From positions 2,026-66,025 of the forward strand of contig JAPPHC010000012.1 of assembly GCA_028821145.1 (NCBI GenBank): a DNA stretch of 64,000 nt, written 5' to 3'. Position 1 is the stretch's first letter, and each line of letters starts with the position of its first letter. Both the position numbers and the translations under genes were made by a program. Shown here in pieces: positions 1-9,290 of the stretch. Below the pieces are notes generated by a model. It worked only from the letters and a program-made list of their open reading frames with translations, was not told where the DNA came from and searched no databases. This DNA is from Gammaproteobacteria bacterium (GTDB lineage Bacteria > Pseudomonadota > Gammaproteobacteria > Steroidobacterales > Foliamicaceae).

Positions 1-12
1 GAATTTCCAATT

Positions 13-726
13 ATGACGCGGCTTCGGAAAATCCCTTACACGCTTTGGGGTTGGACCGTGTTCTGCACGATCGCGCTGACCGCCTCCCTGCTGATCCTGA
101 TACTCCCGGGAGTGGAACGATGCAGCAGGTTGGCCCGCGAGGCTTCGCGGTTCATCTTCCGCCTTGGCGGCGCATGGCCGCGGGTGCATGGGCTTGAGAA
201 CCTTCCGGCCGAGCCCTGCGTGGTTGCCGCCAATCATGAGAGTTTCGCCGACGGAATCCTGCTCTGCGCCCTGCTGCCTCCCGGCTTCCGGCTGGTGATC
301 AAGCGAGAGATGCGCCCGGTGCTGCTGGCCGGCCGAATGCTCAGCCGCATCGGCGCGGTGTTCGTGGAACGGGAGCAGGGAAAGGAACGCATCGCCGATG
401 TGCGAACCATGCTCAGGGCCGCCCGCTCCGGACAATCGCTGGCAATTTTTCCGGAGGGAACCTTTCGCCCCGAACCCGGGCTGCTGCCCTTCCGGCCCGG
501 GGCCTTTGCCGCCGCAGCCGCCGGTGGACTGCCGGTCGTTCCGGTGGCCATTCGCGGCTGCCGCCGCCTGCTGCCGTCGGGTTCCTGGCTGTTCACGCCG
601 TCAAGAATCGAGGTGCGCTTTCTGGATGCGATCAGGGTGGCGGAGGGCGGGTCCCGTTCCCAACAAGCAGAGCAGCTCGCGCAGCAATGCAGGAGGGCCA
701 TGAAGGCCGCGCTGACGCAGGATTGA
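13..726 (+). CDS. 1-acyl-sn-glycerol-3-phosphate acyltransferase (PlsC/LPLAT family)
   Basis: NHESFAD (HxxxxD) and FPEGT motifs, N-terminal hydrophobic helix. Confidence 0.85.
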   Translation: MTRLRKIPYTLWGWTVFCTIALTASLLILILPGVERCSRLAREASRFIFRLGGAWPRVHGLENLPAEPCVVAANHESFADGILLCALLPPGFRLVIKREMRPVLLAGRMLSRIGAVFVEREQGKERIADVRTMLRAARSGQSLAIFPEGTFRPEPGLLPFRPGAFAAAAAGGLPVVPVAIRGCRRLLPSGSWLFTPSRIEVRFLDAIRVAEGGSRSQQAEQLAQQCRRAMKAALTQD

Positions 727-759
727 TCGCGCCGGCGCGACGGCCCCGTCCGAATCAGT

Positions 760-2037
760 TCAGGAAGAAGCGTCTCCGGTCCGGTCTCGGACGTAGCCGA
801 TCCAGGCGTTGGCGTTGCGGCGGATGTTGTCGGACCCGTCACGCTTCGCGCTCTCGAACGCCTCGATGGCCTCGTCGAAGCGCCGCAGTTCAGCCAGCGC
901 AACGCCCTGCAGTATCCATACCTCACCTGGATTCTCCAGCCCGCCTTTCTCCAGCGCACGAGCGCAGGAGTTCACCACGCCGTCCCAGTCGCCGGTCTCG
1001 TTCAGAAGCATGGCCTTGCGATGGAAGAACTCGCCGTCGTCCGCGAGTTCGGCGAGTTTGTCGATGGCTTCCACGGCGCGGTTCATTTCACGCGCCATGG
1101 TCCACGAGTTCAGCAGCAGGCGGAGGTTGTCGAAGTTCTCCTCGACATGGCCCCGTTCCATCGCCTGACTCAGGATTTCACCGGCCCGGGCCGGGTTCTC
1201 GAGAAAGAGGTTGAGCCGGGCCAGGCTCAGGATGTCCGATTCCGCTTCAAGCATGCCGCGATGCCAGGGAATCGTAAGCGCGGAGAGTGCGCCTTCGTCG
1301 TTGGCGGTCTCCATGTAGAGACCGGACAGAACCTGGTAGAAACGAAGCTTGTCCGGCCAGATTCCGATGTTTTCTTTCAACAGCTCGATGGCTTCGGGAA
1401 TCTGACGCAACTCAACATGGATGGCCAGTTGCAGGTTTCGCCAACTCTCGTTGGGCGTCTCGGCCAACTCGTTGGCGCGAATCACGTAGGGCAAGGCGTC
1501 CGGCATCATTTCCTGCTGTGCGAAATTGGCCCCCATCAATATGTAGGCCTCGGAACGCGGTTCCGCTTCGTAACGGAACCAGCGCATGAGGGTGTCGTTG
1601 GATTCCGCGAAGCGTTCCTCGCCGGAGTAGTAGCCCGCAACCGAGTACACGATGCCCTGTTGCACCATCGTCGGCAGGGCGTCCAGTTCCAGGCACTTCT
1701 CGAACGCGTCGAAGGCCTCGCCTTCCCTTTCCATCTGCGAATAGACGAATCCGTAGGTCTGATAGAGCTGGGCCGCCTCGTAGTCGCTGAGCCGGTCGGT
1801 CCGGATGCGGTCCATCAGGTCCAGCGCTTCGGTCAGATTGTCCTCGTCCAGCAGTTCATGAGTGCGGGAAAGCCGCCGGTAGAAGCTCTCGCTCATGGAC
1901 GCGGGCGGTTCCTCCCGTTCTTCCACGACACGGTCCGGCCGCAGGGGGTGCCACTGCGGCAGGTTGCCGAGGTCGGTCTGTGCGGCCGCCAGCGGCGCCA
2001 GCACCACCAATGCCAACGGCGCCAGGCGTCTGCCCAT
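760..2037 (-). CDS. Secreted TPR-repeat protein of the TonB operon (TtpD-like)
   Basis: Signal peptide (LAPLAAAQ), TPR-like helical repeats, directly downstream of tonB. Confidence 0.75.
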   Translation of the reverse strand: MGRRLAPLALVVLAPLAAAQTDLGNLPQWHPLRPDRVVEEREEPPASMSESFYRRLSRTHELLDEDNLTEALDLMDRIRTDRLSDYEAAQLYQTYGFVYSQMEREGEAFDAFEKCLELDALPTMVQQGIVYSVAGYYSGEERFAESNDTLMRWFRYEAEPRSEAYILMGANFAQQEMMPDALPYVIRANELAETPNESWRNLQLAIHVELRQIPEAIELLKENIGIWPDKLRFYQVLSGLYMETANDEGALSALTIPWHRGMLEAESDILSLARLNLFLENPARAGEILSQAMERGHVEENFDNLRLLLNSWTMAREMNRAVEAIDKLAELADDGEFFHRKAMLLNETGDWDGVVNSCARALEKGGLENPGEVWILQGVALAELRRFDEAIEAFESAKRDGSDNIRRNANAWIGYVRDRTGDASS

Positions 2038-2679
2038 TCAGGTGCTGTCCAGCTGGAAAACGATGCTGGTCGTGGCCCACCGTTCCACCGCGACGCCATC
2101 CACTATTCGCGGCTTGAATTTCCAGCGCCGCACGGCCCTTACCGCGTTGCGCACGAACAGCCGGCCCGGAACGGACTCGATCACATTGACGTCCAGCACG
2201 CTGCCGTCGGGGCCGATCAGCACTTCGCACCGGACATAGCCCTCGGTGCCGTCCATCAGGGCCTCGCGCGGCCACTGCGGGTCGATGCGCACGATCGGCA
2301 CCGCCTCGCCCTCGGCCGCGGGGTCGCCCGCTTCCCACCTGCCGATGAAGGGCCCGCCGCCGGCAGCCCCCGAAACATCGATCCTGGGTAGATCGAGGCG
2401 CATGGGGTTCTGCTGCGGCTTGGCCTCGGTGGACACCTTCAGCTTGGGCGGCGGCGGCGGGTCCTTGGGCGGCGGCGGCTTCTTGGGCCTGACCCGTTTC
2501 TTGGTCTGGACGATCTCGTCCTCCTGCACTCGTATCAGGTCCACGATCTGTCCGGCCGTGGCAGCGCCCTGTTGGCCCCGCCCGCCCGTAATCAGGGTGT
2601 TCATGAACAGAAACAGCACCAGCGCGACGAATATGCCGCCGCCTATCGACCCGACCATACGCCATCTTGTCCGGTTCAT
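2038..2679 (-). CDS. tonB: Energy transducer TonB
   Basis: N-terminal TM helix, Pro/Lys-rich linker, C-terminal TonB domain (PQWPREA...WKFKP). Confidence 0.92.
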   Translation of the reverse strand: MNRTRWRMVGSIGGGIFVALVLFLFMNTLITGGRGQQGAATAGQIVDLIRVQEDEIVQTKKRVRPKKPPPPKDPPPPPKLKVSTEAKPQQNPMRLDLPRIDVSGAAGGGPFIGRWEAGDPAAEGEAVPIVRIDPQWPREALMDGTEGYVRCEVLIGPDGSVLDVNVIESVPGRLFVRNAVRAVRRWKFKPRIVDGVAVERWATTSIVFQLDST

Positions 2680-2681
2680 CG

Positions 2682-3089
2682 CTACTCCTCGCCTTCCGCA
2701 GCCAATGCAATGCTGGTCACGCCGGCAACCCGGACCTGGTCCATCAGATCGATCACCATGCCGGTGGACGCGGATTGATCCGCTACGATGATAACGCTGC
2801 TTTCCGGGTTCTCCGCGCGCGCCGCTTCAACCATCTGGCGGACTCCCGTCAATTCCACGCGATTCTTGTTCATCCAGATATGATCGTCGCGCGAAACCGC
2901 GATCATGATGTTGCCCCGCTCCTTGGTTGCCGCCGTCTGCGCGAAGGGACGGGAAGGACTGATGCCCGGCTCCTTCACGAACGACGTGGTCACGATGAAG
3001 AAGATCAGCATGATGAACACGATGTCCAGCATCGGCGTGATGTTGATCTCGCCCTCTTCTTCCGGTTTTCGTCTTCGTATCTGCGGCAT
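2682..3089 (-). CDS. exbD: Biopolymer transport protein ExbD (second copy)
   Basis: INITPMLDIVFIMLIFF motif. Confidence 0.93.
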   Translation of the reverse strand: MPQIRRRKPEEEGEINITPMLDIVFIMLIFFIVTTSFVKEPGISPSRPFAQTAATKERGNIMIAVSRDDHIWMNKNRVELTGVRQMVEAARAENPESSVIIVADQSASTGMVIDLMDQVRVAGVTSIALAAEGEE

Positions 3090-3101
3090 TGTGCCCTGCT
3101 C

Positions 3102-3512
3102 CTAGTTTGATGCGGCGGCCAGCGAAACCTTCGCGGCGCCGGCTACGCGCGCCTGGTCCACCACCGTCACGATGAAACCGGAATCCGCATTCCGGTCCGC
3201 GATCACGACCACCGTGGCGTCCGGCTTTCCGGCCAGTCCCGAGACGATGTTGGCGCGGATGGCGCCGACGTGCACAAGGCGGTCCTCGACGAAGACCTGC
3301 CCGTTGGCGTCTATCCGGACCGGGATCACCTCGGAACGCTTCTGCTCCTGTACCGGCGCGTTCGACGGCCGGTCCAGGTCCACGCCCAGCTCCTTTACGA
3401 AGGACGTGGTGACGATGAAGAAGATCAGCATGATGAACACGATGTCCAGCATCGGCGTGATGTTGATCTCGGCCTCTTCCTGCGACCGCTTGCGGTGCTT
3501 GCGCTCAATCAT
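3102..3512 (-). CDS. exbD: Biopolymer transport protein ExbD (first copy)
   Basis: INITPMLDIVFIMLIFF motif; start placed at ATG 3512 (MIERKH), which overlaps the exbB stop (ATGA). Confidence 0.92.
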   Translation of the reverse strand: MIERKHRKRSQEEAEINITPMLDIVFIMLIFFIVTTSFVKELGVDLDRPSNAPVQEQKRSEVIPVRIDANGQVFVEDRLVHVGAIRANIVSGLAGKPDATVVVIADRNADSGFIVTVVDQARVAGAAKVSLAAASN

Positions 3513-4063
3513 GCGGCCGCCTCCCGGGGCTGTTCCTCGAACCGCATTTCCAGGACGTCTTCGAGTTCCTCCATCTTGAGCTTGGCCCGCTGCCTGAGCC
3601 AGGCCGAGAGATAGAGCCCGGAAAGCGCCGCGACCAGGCCCGACATGGTGGGGATCGTGGCCTGCGAGACGCCGCCCGCCATCAGGCGCGCGTTGCCGGT
3701 GCCGAACACCGTCATGATCTCGAACACCTGGACCATGCCCCACACCGTGCCCAGCAGGCCCAGCAGCGGCAGTATCTGCATGAGCGTCTGTATCAGCCCC
3801 AGGTTACGCCGGGCGCTCAGGCCGACCTCGGAAAGAATCAGGCGCCGAAGGTTTGCTGCGAACCAGGAACCGTCACGGCGTCCGCTTTCCCACAACTGCC
3901 GGGCGCCGCGCATTTCTCCGGGAAGAACGCCGAAGAAATACCACAGCCGCTCGACGATCAGCGTCCACATCAGCATGGTGACGGCCAGAATTCCGTAAAG
4001 CACCGGTCCGCCCAGCTCGAAAAAGCCGCGGATGGAAGCCCAGGCTTCGAACAGGAAAGTCAT
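3509..4063 (-). CDS. exbB: MotA/TolQ/ExbB proton channel protein
   Basis: PLLGLLGTVWGM motif; ATG 4063 preceded by GGAGA. Confidence 0.88.
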   Translation of the reverse strand: MTFLFEAWASIRGFFELGGPVLYGILAVTMLMWTLIVERLWYFFGVLPGEMRGARQLWESGRRDGSWFAANLRRLILSEVGLSARRNLGLIQTLMQILPLLGLLGTVWGMVQVFEIMTVFGTGNARLMAGGVSQATIPTMSGLVAALSGLYLSAWLRQRAKLKMEELEDVLEMRFEEQPREAAA

Positions 4064-4088
4064 CTTCCGGTCTCCTGCCCAGCCCTCC

Positions 4089-5474
4089 TCAAGCTTCCGC
4101 CGCGGCGGCATCGCCTTCCGCCCTGCGTGCGATCAGGCCGGCGCTCTGCTCCTCCAGGATTTCCACAAGCGACTGGCTGGAACTGGAAACCACGCTGTGC
4201 AGCAGCACCAGCGGGATCGCCACGATCAAGCCCAGAACGGTGGTAATCAGGGCCTGCGAGATTCCTCCGGCCATCAGTTTCGGGTCGCCGGTTCCGAACA
4301 GCGTCAACTGCTGGAAGGTGATGATCATGCCGACCACTGTGCCCAGCAGCCCCAGCAGCGGGGCGACCGCGGCAAACACCTTGAGTATCCCCTGGTAGCG
4401 CTCGAGTATCGGCGCTTCCCGCATGATCGCTTCATCGAGCTTGAGCGCCAGGGCGTCCAGGTTGCCGGTCTGGTGTTCCTCGTAGACGGCCAGGATCCGG
4501 CCCAGAGCGTTGTTTTTGCTTGCGCTCGAGCTCTTGAGCTGCGCACGGATACGGCGGCCGGCGCCCTGCAGCACGACCAGACGCCAAAGCGCGATCAGCA
4601 GGCCGATGGCCCCCATGCCGATGATCGTGTAGCCCACGTAGCCGCCCTGCTGCAGGCGCTCGCCCAGATCCGGAGCCTGAATCAGCATCCCCAGCAGTTG
4701 CCCGCGGGTCGGATCGACCGCCATCTCCACCGTGCCCGACGTGGCTTCGACCAGGTCCTCGGCCATGTTGAGATAGCGGCCCGCGGGCTGGCGGGGCAGT
4801 ATCTGCAGCGCTCCGGTAGCGGCATTGTGGGTCAGGAACTTGCCGTCGTGGACCAGATTGAAGGCCCCGACGCGGATCACGTCGCCCGCGCTGGTCTGGC
4901 CGGAAGGATCGGTAATTTCCGCGTCAAAGCGAACGACCTGGCCGGACTGCGCCATTTCCTCCAGCAGCATCAACTGCAGGCCGCGCAGGTCCTCCAGGCT
5001 GGGCAGCTCCTCTGCAAGCGCCATTTCGCTGACCAGATCCAGCCGGTTCGGATACTGCGCCGACACCAGCGACGTCTGAACCTGGCCGTAGGTGTCGCCG
5101 GCCACGTCGCGCACGACGCCGAACAGTTCGCCGAAGTTACCGATCCGGATTTGCAGCCGTTCCTCCAGGTCCGCGAGTTGGGTTTCGTTCTGCTCGTAGC
5201 GCCGGTTCAGCGTGGTGCTGCGACGCTCCTCCGCGGCCAGCTCGCGCGAAACGTCCTCCAGCATGCGCTGGCGCTCGTCGCGGGTCTGGCGAAAGCGTTC
5301 CACCCGCTCGCGGTTAAGCCGGGTACCCTCCCGGGCCTCCAGGCGGACCAGTTCGAGAAGTTCGAGTACGGAGTCGGCCTGTTCCAGAGGGACAGCCGGC
5401 TGCGACTCTTCCTGGGCTGACGCGGGAGCGGCCAGGATGATCGCCAATCCCGATAATCCAAGCAAACGATTCAT
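4089..5474 (-). CDS. TtpC-like large MotA/TolQ/ExbB protein
   Basis: Signal peptide, long coiled-coil region, C-terminal APLLGLLGTV...GGISQAL channel domain. Confidence 0.85.
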   Translation of the reverse strand: MNRLLGLSGLAIILAAPASAQEESQPAVPLEQADSVLELLELVRLEAREGTRLNRERVERFRQTRDERQRMLEDVSRELAAEERRSTTLNRRYEQNETQLADLEERLQIRIGNFGELFGVVRDVAGDTYGQVQTSLVSAQYPNRLDLVSEMALAEELPSLEDLRGLQLMLLEEMAQSGQVVRFDAEITDPSGQTSAGDVIRVGAFNLVHDGKFLTHNAATGALQILPRQPAGRYLNMAEDLVEATSGTVEMAVDPTRGQLLGMLIQAPDLGERLQQGGYVGYTIIGMGAIGLLIALWRLVVLQGAGRRIRAQLKSSSASKNNALGRILAVYEEHQTGNLDALALKLDEAIMREAPILERYQGILKVFAAVAPLLGLLGTVVGMIITFQQLTLFGTGDPKLMAGGISQALITTVLGLIVAIPLVLLHSVVSSSSQSLVEILEEQSAGLIARRAEGDAAAAEA

Positions 5475-6265
5475 GACTGACCTCCTTCGGGCGCGGCGAT
5501 CGGAAGGGTCAGTATGTCAGGCGGCGCCAGCCGGCGCGCCATGCGTATCCCCGTGGTTATCGGGCCGCGGTAACTGTTATCCAGCGCACGCCACTCCTGC
5601 GTGCGCGTATCCCAATAGCCGGTTTCCTCGCGATCGGGCGTCTGGTAGGCCAGGAGCACGCGGCCGACGCGCAGAAAGTCCACCTTGCGGTTGACGCCTC
5701 CGATTTCCAGTTCGCCGGGGTAGGACTCCATGTTGCGCCCCATTCCCGCCTCTAACTGGTACGCGCCCATCACGCGCCGGTATTTTTCGGCAATGCTGAC
5801 GTCGGAGCGGTCCATCACGTCGCGAATGTACGTAAGCTCGTTGCGACGCAAATCCGGCAGGAACGGAACGTCCAGCGAAATGAACCGGTCCAGGTCCTCT
5901 ACCATGTCCATGAGCAGCGGAACGATTCCCTGTTCCAGATCGCCGAATTCGTTGATCTGCCTCGTAAGCGAAGCCTTTTCGCGTTCCTGGTCGTCAATTG
6001 TTCGCTGCAGGTTGTCGTTATAGCGGCGAATGCGGTCCAACTCCTGCAACCGCACCCGGTACTCGCTCACAGCCTCCTGTGTCTCGTCGGCCAGTGCGTT
6101 TACCTCGGCCTGCGCCTGCCGGTCGTCGGCCGTGGCGCTCTGCTGTACCGCCAGCATCTCGTTGACGCGCTGGTCTCCGGCAGCCGAGACGGCGAACAGG
6201 CAAACGCTGCACGCGACGACTGCGGACCAGGGCGTGTGTCGTTTCTTAAAAACGTGATAACGCAT
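5471..6265 (-). CDS. DUF3450-family periplasmic protein (TtpB-like)
   Basis: Signal peptide, coiled coil, DVPF...EKYRRV...FLRVGRV pattern; first gene of the TonB operon. Confidence 0.78.
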   Translation of the reverse strand: MRYHVFKKRHTPWSAVVACSVCLFAVSAAGDQRVNEMLAVQQSATADDRQAQAEVNALADETQEAVSEYRVRLQELDRIRRYNDNLQRTIDDQEREKASLTRQINEFGDLEQGIVPLLMDMVEDLDRFISLDVPFLPDLRRNELTYIRDVMDRSDVSIAEKYRRVMGAYQLEAGMGRNMESYPGELEIGGVNRKVDFLRVGRVLLAYQTPDREETGYWDTRTQEWRALDNSYRGPITTGIRMARRLAPPDILTLPIAAPEGGQS

Positions 6266-6349
6266 ATTTCTCCCCACCTACCCTTTTTCGGAAGGCCAAA
6301 ATAACATATCCGTTCCGGTTTCAGACGCAATGTTGCCGACTTATCGATT

Positions 6350-7525
6350 ATGAGCACAGAAAAAGCCGTCATCGCCGCCGCGCGGCGAACTCCCATAGGC
6401 GCCATGCTGGGCGCGCTGTCCCGGGTTTCCGCTACGGACCTGGGGGCTACCGCGATCCGTTCCTGCCTCGGCTACAGCGGCCTGCCGCCCGGCGAAATCG
6501 ATGAAGTGCTGATGGGCTGCGTACTGCCCGCCGGGCTGGGCCAGGCGCCGGCGCGTCAGGCTGCGCTGGGCGCCGGCCTGGCCAGCGCTACCCCCTGCGC
6601 CACAATCAGCAAGGTCTGCGGGTCCGGACTGTTCTCGGTGATGCTGGCGCACGACCGGATTCTGGCCGACCCCGGAATGGCCATCGTGGCCGGGGGCATG
6701 GAGTCGATGTCCAATGCCCCGTACCTGGTCGAGAAGGCGCGGGACGGCCTGAGGATGGGACACAAGGAACTGCGCGATCACATGTTCCTTGACGGATTGC
6801 AGAACCCGTATGACGGACGGATGATGGGCTTCTTTGCCGAGGAGACCGCCCGCCGCTACCAGTTCAGCCGCCGGGAGCAGGACGAGTTCGCGGTGGAGTC
6901 GGTCACGCGCGCGCTGGCGTCGCGCGAGGACTTCGGATCCGAGATCGTTGAAGTGAATTACTTGTACCGTGGCAAAACGTTGACGGTAAGCGAGGACGAG
7001 GAGCCGGGTCGATGCGATCTGGGGAAGATACCCGCCATGCGTCCGGCCTTTGCACGGGACGGCACGGTTACGGCGGCGTCCAGTTCCTCGATTTCAGACG
7101 GCGCCGCGGCGCTGGTCCTGCTAAGTGAAAACCGTGCGGAAGAATTGGGCGTCGAGCCTCTGGCCCGCGTGACCGGTCACGCCACCCACGCGCATGAACC
7201 AGAGTGGTTTACGACCGCGCCCGGCCCGGCGATCGAGAAGGTCCTGGCGAAAGCGGGATGGGACGTCGGCGACGTGGACCTGTTCGAGATCAACGAGGCC
7301 TTCGCCTGCGTCACGATGGCCGCCATGCGCGACCTGGGCCTGCCGCACGGGAAGGTGAACGTGCGCGGGGGCGCCTGCGCGCTGGGTCACCCGATCGGCG
7401 CCAGCGGCGCCCGCATCCTGGTCACGCTGCTCCACGCCCTGCGCGACCGCGGCGGCGGCCGCGGCGTCGCCGCCCTGTGCATCGGCGGAGGCGAGGCCGT
7501 AGCCGTGGCCATCGAAACCCCCTGA
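6350..7525 (+). CDS. Acetyl-CoA C-acyltransferase (thiolase)
   Basis: KVCGSG, NEAFA, GHPIGASG and CIGGG motifs. Confidence 0.95.
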   Translation: MSTEKAVIAAARRTPIGAMLGALSRVSATDLGATAIRSCLGYSGLPPGEIDEVLMGCVLPAGLGQAPARQAALGAGLASATPCATISKVCGSGLFSVMLAHDRILADPGMAIVAGGMESMSNAPYLVEKARDGLRMGHKELRDHMFLDGLQNPYDGRMMGFFAEETARRYQFSRREQDEFAVESVTRALASREDFGSEIVEVNYLYRGKTLTVSEDEEPGRCDLGKIPAMRPAFARDGTVTAASSSSISDGAAALVLLSENRAEELGVEPLARVTGHATHAHEPEWFTTAPGPAIEKVLAKAGWDVGDVDLFEINEAFACVTMAAMRDLGLPHGKVNVRGGACALGHPIGASGARILVTLLHALRDRGGGRGVAALCIGGGEAVAVAIETP

Positions 7526-7534
7526 TCGCGGGGC

Positions 7535-9181
7535 CTACATGCCGGCGTAGTTGGGGCCGCCGCCCCCTTCCGGCGTAACCCAGTTGATGTTCTGCGCCGG
7601 GTCCTTGATGTCGCAGGTCTTGCAGTGGATGCAGTTCGGCGCGTTGATGACGAAACGCGGCGTGTCGCCTTCCCAGGCCACTTCGTATACGGCCGCCGGA
7701 CAGTAGCGTTGCGCGGGCTCCGCGAAGCCCGGCAGGTTGTCCCGTATCGGCAGATCCTCGTCCTCCAGGACCAGGTGGCAGGGCTGGTCCTCTTCGTGAT
7801 TCGTGGCCGAGAGGTACACCGAAGAAAGCCGGTCGAAGCTGATCTTGCCGTCCGGCTTCGGATACTCGATCCGGCGCGCCTTTGACGCCGGCAGCAGTTC
7901 CTCGTGGTCCGGCGTTCGGTTATGCAGCGTAAACGGCAGCCTCCCCCGGAAGACGTTCAGGTCCAGCCAGGTAAACGCCGACCCGGCGAGCAGGCCGAAC
8001 CGGTGCTGGGCCGGCCCGAAATTTCGCGCCCTGAACAGTTCCTCGTGCACCCAGGAGCCGCCGATCCGGTCCTGGTAGTCGTCCAGGACCGCCGGCGGCG
8101 AATCGCCCGAAAGCGCGTCGAATACGGCTTCGGCGGCCAGCATGCCGGTCTTCATCGCCGTATGGTTGCCCTTGATCTTCGCCCCGTTCAGGAAGCCCGC
8201 ATCGCATCCGGCCAGGAGTCCCCCGGGAAAGGCGAGCTTCGGAAGAGACTGCAGGCCTCCCTTGTTGACCGCGCGCGCTCCCCAGGAAATCCTTTCGCCG
8301 TCCTCGATGACCTCGCGAATGCGCGGATGGTGCTTCCAGCGCTGAAACTCCTCGTACGGATCGAGGTACGGATTGCGGTAGTTCAGCGCCACGATGAAGC
8401 CGAGATACACAAGGCCGTCATGCGCGTGATAAAGGAACCCGCCGCCTTCGGTCGTCTGTCCGAGCGGCCAGCCCAGGGTATGCACGACGGCGCCAGGGCG
8501 GCGCCGGTCCTCCGGAGCCCGCCAGACTTCCTTGATGCCGATGCCGTAATGCTGCGGATCGCTGTCCCTGCGCAGATCAAAGCGCTGCATCAATTCCTTG
8601 CCGAGATGGCCACGGCAGCCTTCCGCGAAGATCGTGTACGGCGCGCGCAGCTCGATCCCGGGGTCGTAGCCGGGTTTTTCGCTTCCGTCACGGGCACGGC
8701 CCATCTCGCCCGTGATCACGCCCGCGACCCGCCCGTTCTCGTAAACGATGCCGGACGCCGGATACCCCGGAAACACGTTGACGCCCAGGTTCTCCGCCTG
8801 GGCCCCCATCCACTGGCACAGCGCACCCAGGCTGACGATGCAATTGCCGTGATTGCGCATGGGGTGCGGAATGAAAGCGCCCGGCAGGCGCACGGATCGG
8901 CCGGGAGACAGGAGGAAGTGAAAATCGTCGGTTTCGACGGGCGTTGCAGGCGGCGCGCCCTGATCGCGCCAGCCGGGCAGCAGCTCATCCAGCGCCCGGG
9001 TCTCCAGCACCGCGCCGGAGACGATATGCGCGCCGATTTCCGCGCCCTTCTCCAGCAGGCAGATGTTCAGTTCGCGACCCGTTTCCCGAGCCATCTGAGC
9101 AAGCCGGATCGAAGCCGCCAGGCCGCAGGGCCCTGCCCCGACAACGATGACATCGAACTCCATGCTTTCGCGCACGCTCAT
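7535..9181 (-). CDS. Electron transfer flavoprotein-ubiquinone oxidoreductase
   Basis: GAGPCG FAD motif; C-terminal CPA...CIHCKTCDIKDP 4Fe-4S motif; start could also be at 9199. Confidence 0.95.
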   Translation of the reverse strand: MSVRESMEFDVIVVGAGPCGLAASIRLAQMARETGRELNICLLEKGAEIGAHIVSGAVLETRALDELLPGWRDQGAPPATPVETDDFHFLLSPGRSVRLPGAFIPHPMRNHGNCIVSLGALCQWMGAQAENLGVNVFPGYPASGIVYENGRVAGVITGEMGRARDGSEKPGYDPGIELRAPYTIFAEGCRGHLGKELMQRFDLRRDSDPQHYGIGIKEVWRAPEDRRRPGAVVHTLGWPLGQTTEGGGFLYHAHDGLVYLGFIVALNYRNPYLDPYEEFQRWKHHPRIREVIEDGERISWGARAVNKGGLQSLPKLAFPGGLLAGCDAGFLNGAKIKGNHTAMKTGMLAAEAVFDALSGDSPPAVLDDYQDRIGGSWVHEELFRARNFGPAQHRFGLLAGSAFTWLDLNVFRGRLPFTLHNRTPDHEELLPASKARRIEYPKPDGKISFDRLSSVYLSATNHEEDQPCHLVLEDEDLPIRDNLPGFAEPAQRYCPAAVYEVAWEGDTPRFVINAPNCIHCKTCDIKDPAQNINWVTPEGGGGPNYAGM

Positions 9182-9290
9182 TGCGCTGGCAGTGTACACC
9201 TCGCCACGCAGCGCGGTGCGAATGAGCGCGGAATTTTGCCGCGCGTGCTATTATCCGGCGCGGTCATCCATTCGAACTGGAGGGGACCTC

